Shown: positions 36,636 through 50,853, counted from the stretch's first letter. The stretch: 64,000 bases of DNA from Eledone cirrhosa (GCA_964016885.1 CAXHJY010001562.1:33520-97519), one strand, 5' to 3'. The notes: generated by a model not told the origin, from the letters alone. Program-made: numbers and translations.

Positions 36636-36810
36636 AAAAGAGTTAGGACCCCGACGGCTGATCTCCGGCCATTTCGACAGCTAGATGTCGAAATGCCGGA
36701 GCTCAGCCATCGGGGTCCTGACATTTTCCTATTACCCACTCTACTACCCTAAGTATTGAGTACTCTGGTTCGTTATGGTCCACCTGGTATCTTACCACAC
36801 TTTCTTTGTT

Positions 36811-36841
<31 letters not shown>

Positions 36842-39800
36842 TCATACATATATATATAAATTCATACATGGAAGAAAAGCACTACCTATATATATATATA
36901 TTCATATATATATATATATATATATATTCATACATATATATATATATATTTATACATGGAAGAAAAGCACTACATATATATATATATATAAATGTATGTG
37001 TGCAAAAAGCAAACAACACAGTACAATGAAGAAATATATTAGTTTTATGCTTGGTATAAAAGGAAAAGGGTTTTAAAGTTTCAGATGGAAGGAGAAGATG
37101 AGGCCCCTTTTATTTAGTAAAAAATAATATACACACCTGAACCAGAAATTAAAACAGTTGAATTGATGCCTACTCTAGCCCTTCGACATGCATGGACCCC
37201 AACAGATAGTGGCTCCAACAGGGCTCCGTCTTCTGTTGTTACATTGTCAGGTAGCCTAAATTAATTACATATAAGCATTAATCATTTTAATTGCCTTTAT
37301 TTCTCTTTGTAATGATTTTCAAACTAAAAGGTTTACAACTGATAAATTTCAGAAAGTTGGTATAATGTCCTAGAAATATAAAAGGTAAAGAATGATAAAT
37401 AAAACAAAACATTACATTGTTTTGTTTTATTGTGGCCCTAGAATCCTTGCTTTTCCCCTCCTTTTCCTCTCATGGTTTTTATAGTTCTTTCCTCTACTTT
37501 TCCATACAGCCAGATCTACCCTTCTTTACCCCTTGCCCTTCCCTTTCTTCTGTGGCCCTAGAGTCTTTGCTTTTCCTCTCATTTATGGCATTTATAGTCC
37601 TTTCCTCTACTTTTCCACACAGCCAGATCTACCCTTCCTTTTCTTCTGTGGCCCTAGAGTTCTTGTTTTTCCCCTCCTTTTCCTCTCATGGCTTTCTTAG
37701 TCTTTTCCTCTACTTTTCCACACAACCAGATCTGCCCTTCTTTACCCCTTCCTCTACTTCCCCCTTACCCCCAGATCTGCTGTTCTTTACACCTTCCTCT
37801 ACTTTCCCCATACCCCCAGATCTGCCCTTCATTACCCCTTCCTCATTTTCTCCTTAATTAATTTTGCTTTTTTATCTTTCTTTCTCATATTTATTTATCT
37901 TTTGAAAATAAAAAGAGAGTAAAATCAAAATCTGCCAGATACAGTCCTATACCAGTGAGACACGTTCACCTGGGACAATTCCTGTCTAACCCATGCTAGC
38001 GTGGAAGATGGACGTTAAATGATGATGGTGATGAATTAAATTATTGTTGACTTACTTGTAACAAAAATCTGCAGCATGACAGTAGAACCTGGCCAAGTTA
38101 CCATGAACAGGAGGTGTCGCACAGAATCTCATCTTTCGACATAGGTTGTAACGTCCACCTTTACAATAGGCACATAATCGGCATGGTATTCCAGGTTCCA
38201 CAGCTACACGGTCACCTAACAATACAGAAATTAGAGTTGTTAGCAGCAGACTAAATTATGTTTATTATTATTACAACCACCATTATCATCTCAACATAAC
38301 GAAAATTGCATGCATTATGTTGGCTAGATATACAGACAGTGTGTAGATGTTGACTAGATATACAGACAGTGTGTAGATGTTGACTAGATATATAGACAGT
38401 GTGTAGATGTTAACTAGATATATAGACAGTGTGTAGATGTTGACTGGATATATATATATATATAGACAGTGTGTAGATGTTGACTGGATATATAGATATA
38501 TAGACAGTGTGTAGATGTTGACTGGATATATAGACAGTGTGTAGATGTTGACTAGATATATAGACAGTGTGTAGATGTTGACTAGATATATAGACTGTGT
38601 AGATATTGACTGGATATATAGACAGTGTGTAGATGTTGACTAGATATATAGACAGTGTGTAGATGTTGACTAGATATATAGACAGTGTGTAGATGTTGAC
38701 TGGATATATAGACAGTGTGTAGATGTTGACTAGATATATAGACAGTGTGTAGATGTTGACTGGATATATAGACTGTGTAGATGTTGACTGGATATATAGA
38801 CAGTGTGTAGATGTTGACTAGATATATAGACAGTGTGTAGATGTTGACTGGATATATAGACTGTGTAGATGTTGACTGGATATATAGACAGTGTGTAGAT
38901 GTTGACTGGATATAAAGACAGTGTGTAGATGTTGACTAGATATATAGACAGTGTGTAGATGTTGACTGGATATATAGACAGTGTGTAGATGTTGACTGGA
39001 TATATATATATATATATATATATAGACAGTGTGTAGATGTTGACTGGATATATAGATATATAGACTGTGTAGATGTTGACTGGATATATAGACAGTGTGT
39101 AGATGTTGACTGGATATATAGACAGTGTGTAGATGTTGACTAGATATATAGACAGTGTGTAGATGTTGACTAGATATATAGACAGTGTGTAGATGTTGAC
39201 TAGATATATAGACAGTGTGTAGATGTTGACTGGATATATATAGAGTGTGTAGATGTTGACTGGATATATATAGAATGTGTAGATGTTGACTAGATATATA
39301 GATACAGTGTGTAGATGTTTATTGGATATAGTGTGTCAATGTTGACTATATATATCGGCTAAAGAAGTAATTACAAATATCTTATCTCTATTTCTAGTTT
39401 ATACTTTGTTAATATGTGTAAGTACATTTTTGGAATAAATTTTAAAACTTAGAAAATGTTACAAAATATCAATTTCTTTGTGTAATATCAAAAATAAGCG
39501 AGAGGTGGGGTTTAATTTGACCATTTGTCCACTGTCCACTACTTGACTTACCAACTGATAAATTAGTTACGCCCTCTCCGAGTTTAGTGACCACTCCACT
39601 GGCTTCATGACCTAAGACCATTGGAGAAGTTAGAATGTAGTCGCCAATAGAACCATGTGTCCAGTAGTGAACATCAGATCCGCAAATACCTACATCCTGC
39701 ATTGATAATTGAACTTCTGCAAAAAATAAAGAAAAAAGAAATAGAAAATAATGGTTTCTGATTTAGGCACAAGGCCAACAAGGTCAACAAATTTGGGGTG

Positions 39801-42800
39801 AGGGGAGGGGAAATTTGATTAAATCGACCCCAGTGCATTACTAGTGCTTTACAACATGGACTGGGAACATTTTAACATGCCACCAGTGCTACCATCTTAC
39901 AAGTTGAAAAGAGAGTATTTTTTATTGTGGTACCAGCACTACCATTTCCTCCTTTAGCATTTAAACCGGCCATATCCAGCCAGAATTTTCTCACCTCTTT
40001 CTATTCAATCCGGTTGTAACCAGCCACTCATACTTATATTAAGGTATTGTTCTCAAAATAAATAATATCAAAATCTCATAGATTTGATATTATGTGAAAT
40101 ATTATGTAAGATAAAGCCTTTACCACAAAAATACAATAGTAAATATGGAGTAAAATGAATGCTAAAGGGTTAATCGGTAAAGATTGGGTGCTTTTTGTTG
40201 TGGTACCAGCACTACCACATTGATGTGTAAAAACTGGATGCTTTTTCTATCGTGGTACCAGAACCGTCACCTTGAAGGGTAAAATCTAGGTGCCTTTTTC
40301 TATCATGGTGCTAGCGCTATCACATTATAGGTTGTGAAAGCTGATCTCAAATCGCTAAGACTGTCAGAGGAGAGATGCTGTGCTGAGAAGGACCCATCCA
40401 ACCCATGCTAGCATGGAAAATGGACATAAAACGATGATGATGATGATAATGAAGATATGCAAGATGACATGTTACCTCCAATGCCTGGCTCTGGAATGGG
40501 CCGATATTCCTGCAGAAGGAAGACAAGATTAAAGGTGAATACCAACAGGAATAAAACAATCAACTATTGTTATTTAAATATCACAGTGTGTATATAATTG
40601 CATGTATGTGTGTGTATATATATATGTATGTATATATATATATGTGTGTGTATGTATATATATATGCGTGTGTGTGTGTATATATAATAATAATAATGAA
40701 AATTATTGTGTACAGTTCTCAGGTGCACTATAACTCATCAAATGTGTATAGTACATAGAATAATGTACAAATACCAGGAAAATGAACAGTGTATGAGTCA
40801 TGATACACACACACATGCATGCGTGTGCATGGAGGTTTTGAAGGATGTGTGTATGTGTATATACATATATGTGTGAGTGTATATATATATATAACAAAGA
40901 GTTATCTAATACACATATCAATGAAAAACGACCTTCAGCAGTCTTCAGTGAGTTTATTTATATATTTATATACTTTTTGTCTCCTCGTGTTTAGTTAGTA
41001 ATAGAAGGTTATAATATGTTAACGACTCTCTTATAAATTTAACTGGGGTGGGGACAGGGCGGACTGTGGAATAGAGGGAGTGTGCTTATAAATAACATGG
41101 GAACAGTATTAGCTTAACTAATCTTATCTATATATACAGGGTGTCCCCAAAATATATATACACTTTGATTACATGTACAAGCAATATTTATCAGAAAGCT
41201 GTTGAAGTATGTATACATTTTTTGGGGACACCCTATATATATCATAGCTAGAGTAATCTAGCTTACATGTCTTATCAATCACAAGAGCATCTTCTATATT
41301 AAGGGTCACAGTGTTTGTTTTAGTGGGGTCAATTGCTAGTAACATCAGAAATTGGGATATGTCTGCGATGAAGACTTAAATAATGGTTTCTACTTTTAAA
41401 TATCAACCAAGATATATTTTTCTATTCTAAAGCGGGTAAAATTCCCGAGACCCATGGACAAGTTCTCTCCAGCGGTCTCTGTCCCTCATTATCGCTGCCA
41501 TGTCCTGCATCTCTAACAGACCAGTGTCTGTCCTTAGGGCATCAACACATGTTAACCTCGGTTTTCCTCTTCCAATGTGTCCGTGTAGGGGCTCCCACAG
41601 GAGCACTGAGTGTAGTGTCAACTCTGGATGTCGGTGAGCATGTCCAGCTAACCTCGGTCTCCCTCTTCCAGTGTGTCCGTGTAGGGGGTCCCACAGGAGC
41701 ACTGAGTGCAGTGTCAACTTTGGATGTTGGTGAGCATGTCCAGTTAACCTCAGTCTCCCTCTTCCAGTGTGTCCTTGTAGGGGGTCCCACAGGAGCACTG
41801 AGTGCAGTGTCAACTCTGGATGTCGGTGAGCATGTCCAGCTAACCTCAGTCTCCTCTGTGTCATGTTTGAGCTGACTTTTGGGAGGCTCCCATACAGCTC
41901 TGAGTTCTTCATCCTCAGTGTATACTGATTAATGTTCAGCGCCATCCTCAGCATTCTCGTGTAGCACCCATCCACCATCTGAGTGAGTTTCTTGGTCAGT
42001 GTCCAAATCTCAGACCCGTACAGCAGCACAGACTCCACTACAGCAATGAAGAGGCAGATTTTCAGGACTTCACGAAGGTCCGACTTCCACACCGATCTCA
42101 AGCTGTGGCACGCCGCCCAGGCTTTGCTCTTCCTCTCAACCACATCATCTTCCGTATTCCCAATCTTTGCTCCCAAATACAGGAAGTCATCAACCAATTC
42201 CATATATCATCATCATCATCATTTTACGTCCGCTTTTCCCTGCTTGCAAGGGTGGGATGAGAACTGATTCTGGCTTGATTTCTACAGCTGGATGCCCTTC
42301 CTAACACCAACCTCATTTACAGTGAGTGCTGGGTGATTTTTGCCGTGGCACCTCCACGACCACTGTACAGTGGAATGATAGGGACCCCAGTCCCTATCAT
42401 CTCATTTCTACAGCTGAGTAAACTGGAGCAATGCGAAATAAAATGTCTTGCTCAAGGAAACAACACATCACCTGGTCTGAGAATTGAACTCACAACCTTT
42501 CGATTGCAAGGCCAATGCTCTAACCACTAAGCCATATATATATATATATAAACTTTGATGTGTGATAAACATGACATGTACATACATTGTAGCACATATA
42601 CAAATAGATGTGTGTTGAGGTAGTTTGGGGAGAATAATATAATTATGAGGGGGGAGGGGGCGTATTATATTTATATTTTACTGCAATGGAATATTTTAAA
42701 CTAAAAAGAAAAAATGCGTATTCTAAAAATAAACGAGAGGAAACGATGATTGACAAATGCTAAAGTGTGGTAAGGAACCAGGTGGACTTTAACGCACCAG

Positions 42801-43143
42801 GGTACTCGATACTTTGGGTAGTAGAGTGGGTAGATCCGACAGTTCGGGTCTAGCTGTCGAAACGGCCGGAGCTCAGCCGTCGGGGTCCTGACTCTTTTCC
42901 TATATATATATAAGAGTTGTCAACATGAATGGACCTATTATTTTTATCTAAAGAAATTTTGTCCAATTCCATCCCGCCCGTCCCCTTAATCTATTTTATT
43001 TCTCATTCTTTCTTCTGATGAAGGACTAGCATCCGAAACGTTAAGACCCTCTTCTTGCTATATGAAGGGTTAACCTAATATATACCTTCCATATACTGTA
43101 CCGATTGTGTTGTTAATTCTGTTTACCTTTTACATATATATAT

Positions 43144-43204
<61 letters not shown>

Positions 43205-44556
43205 CATATATTATATATAATACGTAAGTTTGTTTTGAAACAGCGAGCGAGATTGAAATAGAAAATAAAATCTTTCGCCGTATTTTTGACGAAATAGATT
43301 TTGGCCTGGTAATGGGGTTTAGAACCCTCTAAAAAACGCCCATGTATGTCAATACTCATCTTTTTCCATTTCTTAGAGGGTTCTAAACTCCACTACCAGG
43401 CTAAAATCTATTTAGTCAAAAATACGGCGAAAGCTTCTATTTTTTTATATTTATATTTATATATATATAGTGGGCGGGGCGAGAAAACTCCCTCAGATTC
43501 AACGACATGCAACCTCCTTTAAAAAAATATTTGAGGCAAGCCATCACACTGGCAGCTTTTCTACAAATGATAGCGTGGCTGAGGCTAATGTTGGAATAAC
43601 CAAGCACCTTCGCATGTGTCACTTAATAATCTAGTATCTAATATCATCAATTATAGCTCGCATCTCCTTCCATACTTATGATTTGTGAACGTCAAAACTT
43701 GCGACAAGGGTTTCTCAAATTGTGACTTTGTTTAAGTAACGAAAAAAGAAATATTTTGTGTTTTTATTTTCAATGTTTTGAGTTTAATGTCGACGGAATT
43801 TTACATGGTTCTATTTTGTCTTGCTTCGTAACTAAAACTTAATCACAAACATTAAATAAATGTGTGTCTGTATGTATGTGTGTGTCTGCATGTGTATATG
43901 TGTCTGCATGTGTATGTATGTGTCTGTATGTGTGTATGTAATACCGCCCTCACGGTTCTGTCCTTGTATCGCTGATCCCCTACCCCCAAAGTATATATAG
44001 TAATAATAAAATATACAACCATGCACAATATATACACATACATACACAACATATACACACACATACACATACATATACAGACACATACAAGTAAACTACC
44101 ACACACACACAACATATACACACGCATACAAGTAAACTACCACACACACATACATACACAACTTATATACACATATACAAGTACCACACACACACATACA
44201 AGTAAACTACCACACACACGTACACGCACATACAAGTAAACTACCACACATATATATACAACATACACACACAAGGTACACACGTACACGCACATACAAG
44301 TAAACTACTACACATACAACTAACACACACACACACACAAGGCACATACATACACAAAACATACAAAAGTTGGAGTTAGGGTTTAGGAGAAAGAAAAAAC
44401 AAATTAAGATTAAAATTAAAATTAAAACACCAACACAAACACAAATAAAACACACAATTAAATAATTAACTAAATATAATTAATTAATTATTAAAATATA
44501 CAGACCATCCTCAGATCACCCTTAGAATGAAGGACAGCGGAGAGATTTTCGTCCAT
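33143..44556 (-). CDS. SORD: Sorbitol dehydrogenase (zinc-dependent medium-chain dehydrogenase), 9 exons, 348 aa
   Basis: Exons in transcription order 44506-44556, 40476-40509, 39552-39716, 38056-38215, 37137-37255, 36205-36270, 35719-35894, 34696-34817, 33143-33296 (1047 nt, in frame). Motifs [115 protein letters not shown]. Confidence 0.97.
33330..33750 (-). mobile_element. Two adjacent copies of SINE family 2
   Basis: Reverse complement of the family 2 consensus. Further copies at ~2889-3062, 5672-5860, 10543-10720, 15675-15980, 29105-29217, 29580-29760, 30345-30555, 45193-45315, 45793-45978, 55908-56095, 58505-58716, 60015-60190, 61625-61760 and 62255-62463. Confidence 0.75.
33805..34004. 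repeat. Long imperfect inverted repeat (MITE-like)
   Basis: AGAAAACTCATCTCTAGAACAGC / GCTGTTCTAGAGATGAGTTTTCT and AGAGGACCGAGACCAGC / GCTGGTCTCGGTCCTCT. Confidence 0.7.
35192..35321. repeat. Perfect 130-bp palindrome centred on (TA)n
   Basis: The two 65-bp arms are exact reverse complements, including non-microsatellite CTCTCTTTTTGTCTC / GAGACAAAAAGAGAG. Confidence 0.9.
35944..36103. mobile_element. TcMar (Tc2/pogo-like) MITE, degenerate
   Basis: CTGTATATACTCGAATATAAG ... CTTATATCCAAGTATATATGG inverted termini; partial second copy at ~36115-36150. Confidence 0.55.
36631..36808. mobile_element. (TA)n-embedded terminal-hairpin element, copy 2 (opposite orientation)
   Basis: Hairpin 36631-36732 followed by the same tail in reverse complement; TA flanks; SORD intron 5. 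Confidence 0.8.
38325..39350. repeat. 30-bp minisatellite (~33 copies)
   Basis: TAGATATATAGACAGTGTGTAGATGTTGAC. Confidence 0.95.
39950..40173. mobile_element. piggyBac-type MITE copy
   Basis: CCTTTAGCATTTAAACCGG...AATGCTAAAGGGTTAA, homologous to 32102-32314. Confidence 0.75.
41137..41235. mobile_element. Tc1/mariner-type MITE (~100 bp; inverted copy at 1521-1620)
   Basis: TA-CAGGGTGTCCCCAAAA ... TTTTGGGGACACCCTA-TA. Confidence 0.75.
41427..42203 (-). mobile_element. RTE-like LINE reverse transcriptase C-terminal fragment with an internal 96-bp triplication
   Basis: [53 protein letters not shown]; SORD intron 1. Confidence 0.85.
42206..42535 (-). mobile_element. CORE-type SINE copy abutting the LINE fragment
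   Basis: Reverse complement of 22336-22675. Confidence 0.8.
42762..42903. mobile_element. Terminal-hairpin element, copy 3 (one arm lost)
   Basis: Tail plus distal arm GTCGAAACGGCCGGAGCTCAGCCGTCGGGGTCCTGACTCTTTTCCTA, then (TA)n. Confidence 0.75.
43011..43046 (+). ncRNA. Minimal type I hammerhead ribozyme motif (Penelope-like retroelement type)
   Basis: TCTT-CTGATGA-AGGACTAGCATCC-GAAAC-GTT-AAGA: complete core, stem II GGA/TCC, palindromic ACGT helix III, helix I TCTT/AAGA, GUU cleavage triplet. Confidence 0.65.
43273..43432. mobile_element. Fold-back/MITE-like inverted repeat (~60-bp arms)
   Basis: TTTCGCCGTATTTTTGAC..AGAACCCTCTAA / TTAGAGGGTTCT..GTCAAAAATACGGCGAAA; related fragment at 4834-4890. 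Confidence 0.65.
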
Positions 44557-46063
44557 TGCGAGGGGCGAAGTAGCTACAAACTAAAAGAAAGTTGAAAAAG
44601 CCAAGTGAAGCGAAGTAAATAATTAAATGGTTGTATCTAAAATTAGACTAGGAATCCTGAATGCTGAAACAAGAGTGACGCAACTTTTAATAGTTATTAT
44701 ATTATATTATTAGTAGAAACAATTATTATTAAACTAATTATTATATTTATTAAACTAGTTTTTGTTTTCTTTCTTTTTTCTTTCTTTTTCTTTCTCTTTT
44801 TCTTTCTTTTTTCTTTTCTCTTCCTTGTTTTTCCTTCTTGTTTTTCTTTCTTTTCTTTCTCCCCCCCCCCGCCCCTAAACCGCCCCGGTTTTAACAGTCA
44901 GATGTCAGTTTACCTAGAAGGAATCAATGCAGTTATTAATAAGAATAGTTGAAATAAATGCATGCAAGATTTCACCGCTCTAACATCACTCTTTCATAGT
45001 CAGCCTATAACCAAGATACTCTCATGGAATGACCAAATGAGGTTTATTTTTCAACATAGTCATTGAAAAGAAACAATGTAGTTATTAATAAGAAGAGTTG
45101 AACGGAATGTATGCAAGATTTCACAGCTCTAGCATCATCCCTTCATAGTCAGACTATGAAATTTTCGGCCCATACTCGTACAATACTTTATATAATTGTT
45201 TCTACTTTAGGCACAAGGCCAGCAATTACCCAGTGCATTACTGGTACTTTATTTTATCTACCCCATAAGGATGAAAGACAAAGTCAACCTCGGCGGGATT
45301 TGAACTCAGATCGTAATAATGTTCCTATTTATTCGCGCCATTCAATAGACCCTGAGCAAGATGGTTGGATAACATCCACGAGCTTGACTGGATCATTTGG
45401 AGATGGTTGCTTCTGACATGACCCGCTGGAAGGAGTGTTTTAAGGACTCTATCCACCCTCACGACCCTACCAGGAATAAGTGGACGAAGAAGACGAAGTT
45501 CATATTTATTTTTATACTTTCAATCATAATTTTATTTAAGAATTTTTTTATTAAGTAATTTTTTTAAACATTGAGGTCAATTTTGCCTTTCATCTATTCG
45601 AGATCGATAAAAAAAGTACCAGTCTACTACTGTGATCGATATTTCCTCTATATCTCTTTCTCACTTCCATTCTCTATCCTTCTCTGGACAAAATCTGCTG
45701 TAATCAACCTGGAAACCCTAGAAACGCTGCATGTCAACTAAGCACCCCTTACTACTTCCCCAGAAGTTACGGGAACATACATACATACAAATATAATTGT
45801 TTCTACTTTTGGCACAAGGCCAGCAATTATTCCAGTGTATTACTGGTACTTTTCATTTTATCGACCACGTGAGGATGAAAGGCAAAGTTAACCTCGGCGG
45901 GATTTGAATTCAGACCGTAAAGGGCTATAACTCTATGCTGCAAAGCATGGCGCCCGACCCTCTACCGATACTGCCAATACCATTCCAGTACTGGTGTCGA
46001 TTCTTCCTCTATATCTCCCACTCATTCTATCCTTCTCAGGAAGAAATCTGCTGTATTCAGTGA

Positions 46064-46810
46064 GACCACACCACACAGCAATCTACAAGACATACAACCC
46101 CTGGTCACACTGTACCACACCACAGTGACCACACCACACAGCAAGCTACAAGACATACAACCCCTGGTCACACTGTACCACACCACAGTGACCACACCAC
46201 AGTGACCACACCACACAGAAAGCTACAAGACATACAACCCCTGGTCACACTGTACCACACCACAGTGACCACACCACACAGCAAGCTACAAGACATACAA
46301 CCCCTGGTCACACTGTACCACACCACAGTGACCACACCACACAGCAAGCTACAAGACATACAACCCCTGGTCACACTGTACCACACCACAGTGACCACAC
46401 CACAGTGACCACACCACACAGAAAGCTACAAGACATACAACCCCTGGTCACACTGTACCACACCACAGTGACCACACCACACAGCAAGCTACAAGACATA
46501 CAACCTCTGGTCACACTGTACCACACCACAGTGACCACACCACACAGCAAGCTACAAGACATACAACCCCTGGTCACACTGTACCACACCACAGTGACCA
46601 CACCACACAGCAAGCTACAAGACATACAACCCCTGGTCACACTGTACCACACCACAGTGACCACACCACACAGCAAGCTACAAGACATACAACCCCTGGT
46701 CACACTGTACCACACCACAGTGACCACACCACACAGCAAGCTACAAGACATACAACCCCTGGTCACACTGTACCACACCACAGTGACCACACCACACAGC
46801 AAACTACAAG
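46064..46810. repeat. 63-bp minisatellite (~11 copies)
   Basis: GACCACACCACACAGCAAGCTACAAGACATACAACCCCTGGTCACACTGTACCACACCACAGT. Confidence 0.95.
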
Positions 46811-47111
46811 TGACCTCGGGAGTTATGGGTCCATGTAGGTAAGTAGTACTAGAAACACAGGTGGGGGAATTAGGACATCAGATAGAATGTCTTGTAATGG
46901 TCGTTCTGGATCTCTGACCTCTGAGTTCGAACCTTACGAAAGTCAACATTGCTTTTCAACTTTTTCAGGTTGATTAAAAATAAAATAAATACCAGTTTAC
47001 TACTGGGGTCGAATTTATATCTATATTTCTTCCTCACTTCTTCTCTATAAATCACTTTCTCGTGTGTATGTGTTTGTGTGTATGTGTATATAAATCACTC
47101 TCTCCATCTCT

Positions 47112-47186
<75 letters not shown>

Positions 47187-47226
47187 TGGAGAGAGTGATT
47201 TATATACACATACACACATTTATATA

Positions 47227-47298
47227 CACTCTACTACCCTAAGTATTGAGTACTTTGGTGCGTTATGGTCCACTTGGTTCCTTACCACATTTCCTTCG

Positions 47299-47301
<3 letters not shown>
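47227..47301. mobile_element. Terminal-hairpin element, copy 4 (tail only)
   Basis: CACTCTACTACCCTAAGTATTGAGTACTTTGGTGCGTTATGGTCCAC..CCTTACCACATTTCCTTCGTT followed by (TA)n. Confidence 0.7.
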
Positions 47302-47356
<55 letters not shown>

Positions 47357-47635
47357 CTGATGGACTCTCCCGTCGAGTATCCGACGTATGAGTGTCCAAC
47401 AAAAGTTCAGCACTCTGGATGGTGGTGTCTCGTGTGACATTTCAATCTCTATCGCCTATGGACTCCGCCTGCAAAAGACTGGCGGAAATGTGAGAAAATG
47501 GTCTGATGTTGAACTACCCACACAAAGTTTTGTTTTAAGTGGTGAAGACTTGTGTAGGACCAACGACACTTTTTGGAACTGACGACATATATCTTCGGTG
47601 CAAATGTTTACCACGGAAAAATCAACGACAGCCCT

Positions 47636-47747
<112 letters not shown>

Positions 47748-47819
47748 GTTTGAACGTACATCTTACTAATGAAATTCTTCAAATGTTTAAAATTAACTTA
47801 ATTTACCAGGACTCTAACT

Positions 47820-50280
47820 TCACACACACACGGACAAACACAGGTACACACACACACACACACACACACACACTGACAAATAGATATATACACATACACA
47901 CACACGGAGAAACACAGATATATATATACACATATACATACACACTGACAAGCAGATGTATACACATATACATACACACACACGGACAAACACAGATATA
48001 TACACATATACATACACACACACGGACAAACATAGATATATACACATATACATACACACACACGGATTAACACAGATATATACACATATACATACACACA
48101 CATATATATACACATATACATACACACACACGGACAAACACAGATATATACACACACGGACTAACACAGATATATACACATATACATACACACACAGATA
48201 TATACACGTATACATACACACACACGGACAAACACAGATATATACACACACGGACTAACACAGATATATACACATATACATACACACACACGGACAAACA
48301 CAGATATATACACATATACATACACACACACGGACAAACACAGATATATACACATATACATACACACACACGGACAAACACAGATATATACACATATACA
48401 TACACACACACACACACACACTGACAAGCAGATGTATACACATATACATACACACACACGGACAAACACAGATATATACACACACCAACTAACACAGATA
48501 TATACACATATACATACACACACACGGACAAACACATATATATATACACATATACATACACACACACGGACAAACACATATATATACACATATACATACA
48601 CACACACGGACAAACACAGATATATACACATATACATACACCCACACGGACAAACACATATATATATACACATATACATATACACACACGGACAAACACA
48701 GATATATACACATATACATACACACACACGGACAAACACAGATATATACACATATACATACACACACACGGACAAACATAGATATATACACATATACATA
48801 CACACACACGGACAAACACAGATATATACACATATACATACACACACACGGACAAACACAGATATATACACATATACATACACACACACACGGATTAACA
48901 CAGATATATACACATATACATACACACACACGGACAAACACAGATATATACACACACCAACTAACACAGATATATACACATATACATACACACACATATA
49001 TATACACATATACATACACACACACGGACAAACACAGATATATACACACACGGACTAACACAGATATATACACATATACATACACACACACGGACAAACA
49101 CAGATATATACACATATACATACACACACACGGACAAACACAGATATATACACATATACATACACACACACGGACAAACACAGATATATACACATATACA
49201 TACACACACACACACACACACTGACAAGCAGATGTATACACATATACATACACACACACGGACAAACACAGATATATACACACACCAACTAACACAGATA
49301 TATACACATATACATACACACACACGGACAAACACATATATATACACATATACATACACACACACGGACAAACACATATATATACACATATACATACACA
49401 CACACGGACAAACACAGATATATACACATATACATACACACACACGGACAAACATAGATATATACACATATACATACACACACACGGACAAACACAGATA
49501 TATACACATATACATACACACACACGGACAAACACAGATATATACACATATACATACACACAGACGGACAAACACAGATATATACACATATGCATACACA
49601 CAGACGGACAAACACAGATATATACACATATACATACACACAGACGGACAAACACAGATATATACACATATACATACACACACACGGACAAACACAGATA
49701 TATACACATATACATACACACACACGGACAAACACAGATATATACACATATACATACACACACACACGGACAAACACAGATATATACACATATACATACA
49801 CACACACACGGACAAACACAGATATATACACATATACATACACACAGACGGACAAACACAGATATATACACATATACATACACACACACGGACAAACATA
49901 GATATATACACATATACATACACACACACGGACAAACACAGATATATACACATATACATACACACACACACGGACAAACACAGATATATACACATATACA
50001 TACACACACACATCACATACACACACACACTGACAAGCAGATGTATACACATATACATACACACACACGGACAAACACAGATATATACACATATACATAC
50101 ACACAGACGGACAAACACAGATATATACACATATACATACACACACACGGACAAACACAGATATATACACATATACATACACACACACGGACAAACACAG
50201 ATATATACACATATACATACACACAGACGGACAAACACAGATATATACACATATACATACACACACACATCACATACATA
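47820..50280. repeat. 40-bp microsatellite-derived minisatellite (~2.4 kb)
   Basis: CACACGGACAAACACAGATATATACACATATACATACACA. Confidence 0.95.
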
Positions 50281-50505
50281 CAGGGACGGTGTATTTCATT
50301 AGAAATCTGGTTAAGGAGAGGGTTAAGTGTGTAGAGGTGAGGTAGAAGGTTTATACGAGTGGCTACGTTGCCGGATGGACATTGCTGCATTCCTCAGGTG
50401 AAGGCCGGGGTGCTTATTAACATCAAAGTCAACCAACCACACTAACAACACGCAGCCCCCTTTTTTAACTTACCTGTTCAACCGTCACCATCTTTCCTTT
50501 TTATT

Positions 50506-50557
<52 letters not shown>

Positions 50558-50596
50558 ATATATATATATACATACACACATATATATATATATGTG

Positions 50597-50646
<50 letters not shown>

Positions 50647-50682
50647 GATGTATATGTATATGTGTATATATACACACACACA

Positions 50683-50742
<60 letters not shown>

Positions 50743-50783
50743 ATATATATATATACATACACACATATATATATATATGTGTG

Positions 50784-50853
<70 letters not shown>

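Noticed and set aside
38140-38185. Four-Cys structural zinc site in SORD as a novelty
   Set aside because: It is absent in mammalian SORD but normal in invertebrate and many other sorbitol dehydrogenases.
47798-50390. ORFs up to 506 aa rich in CVY or THI
   Set aside because: Products of the 40-bp CA/TA minisatellite.
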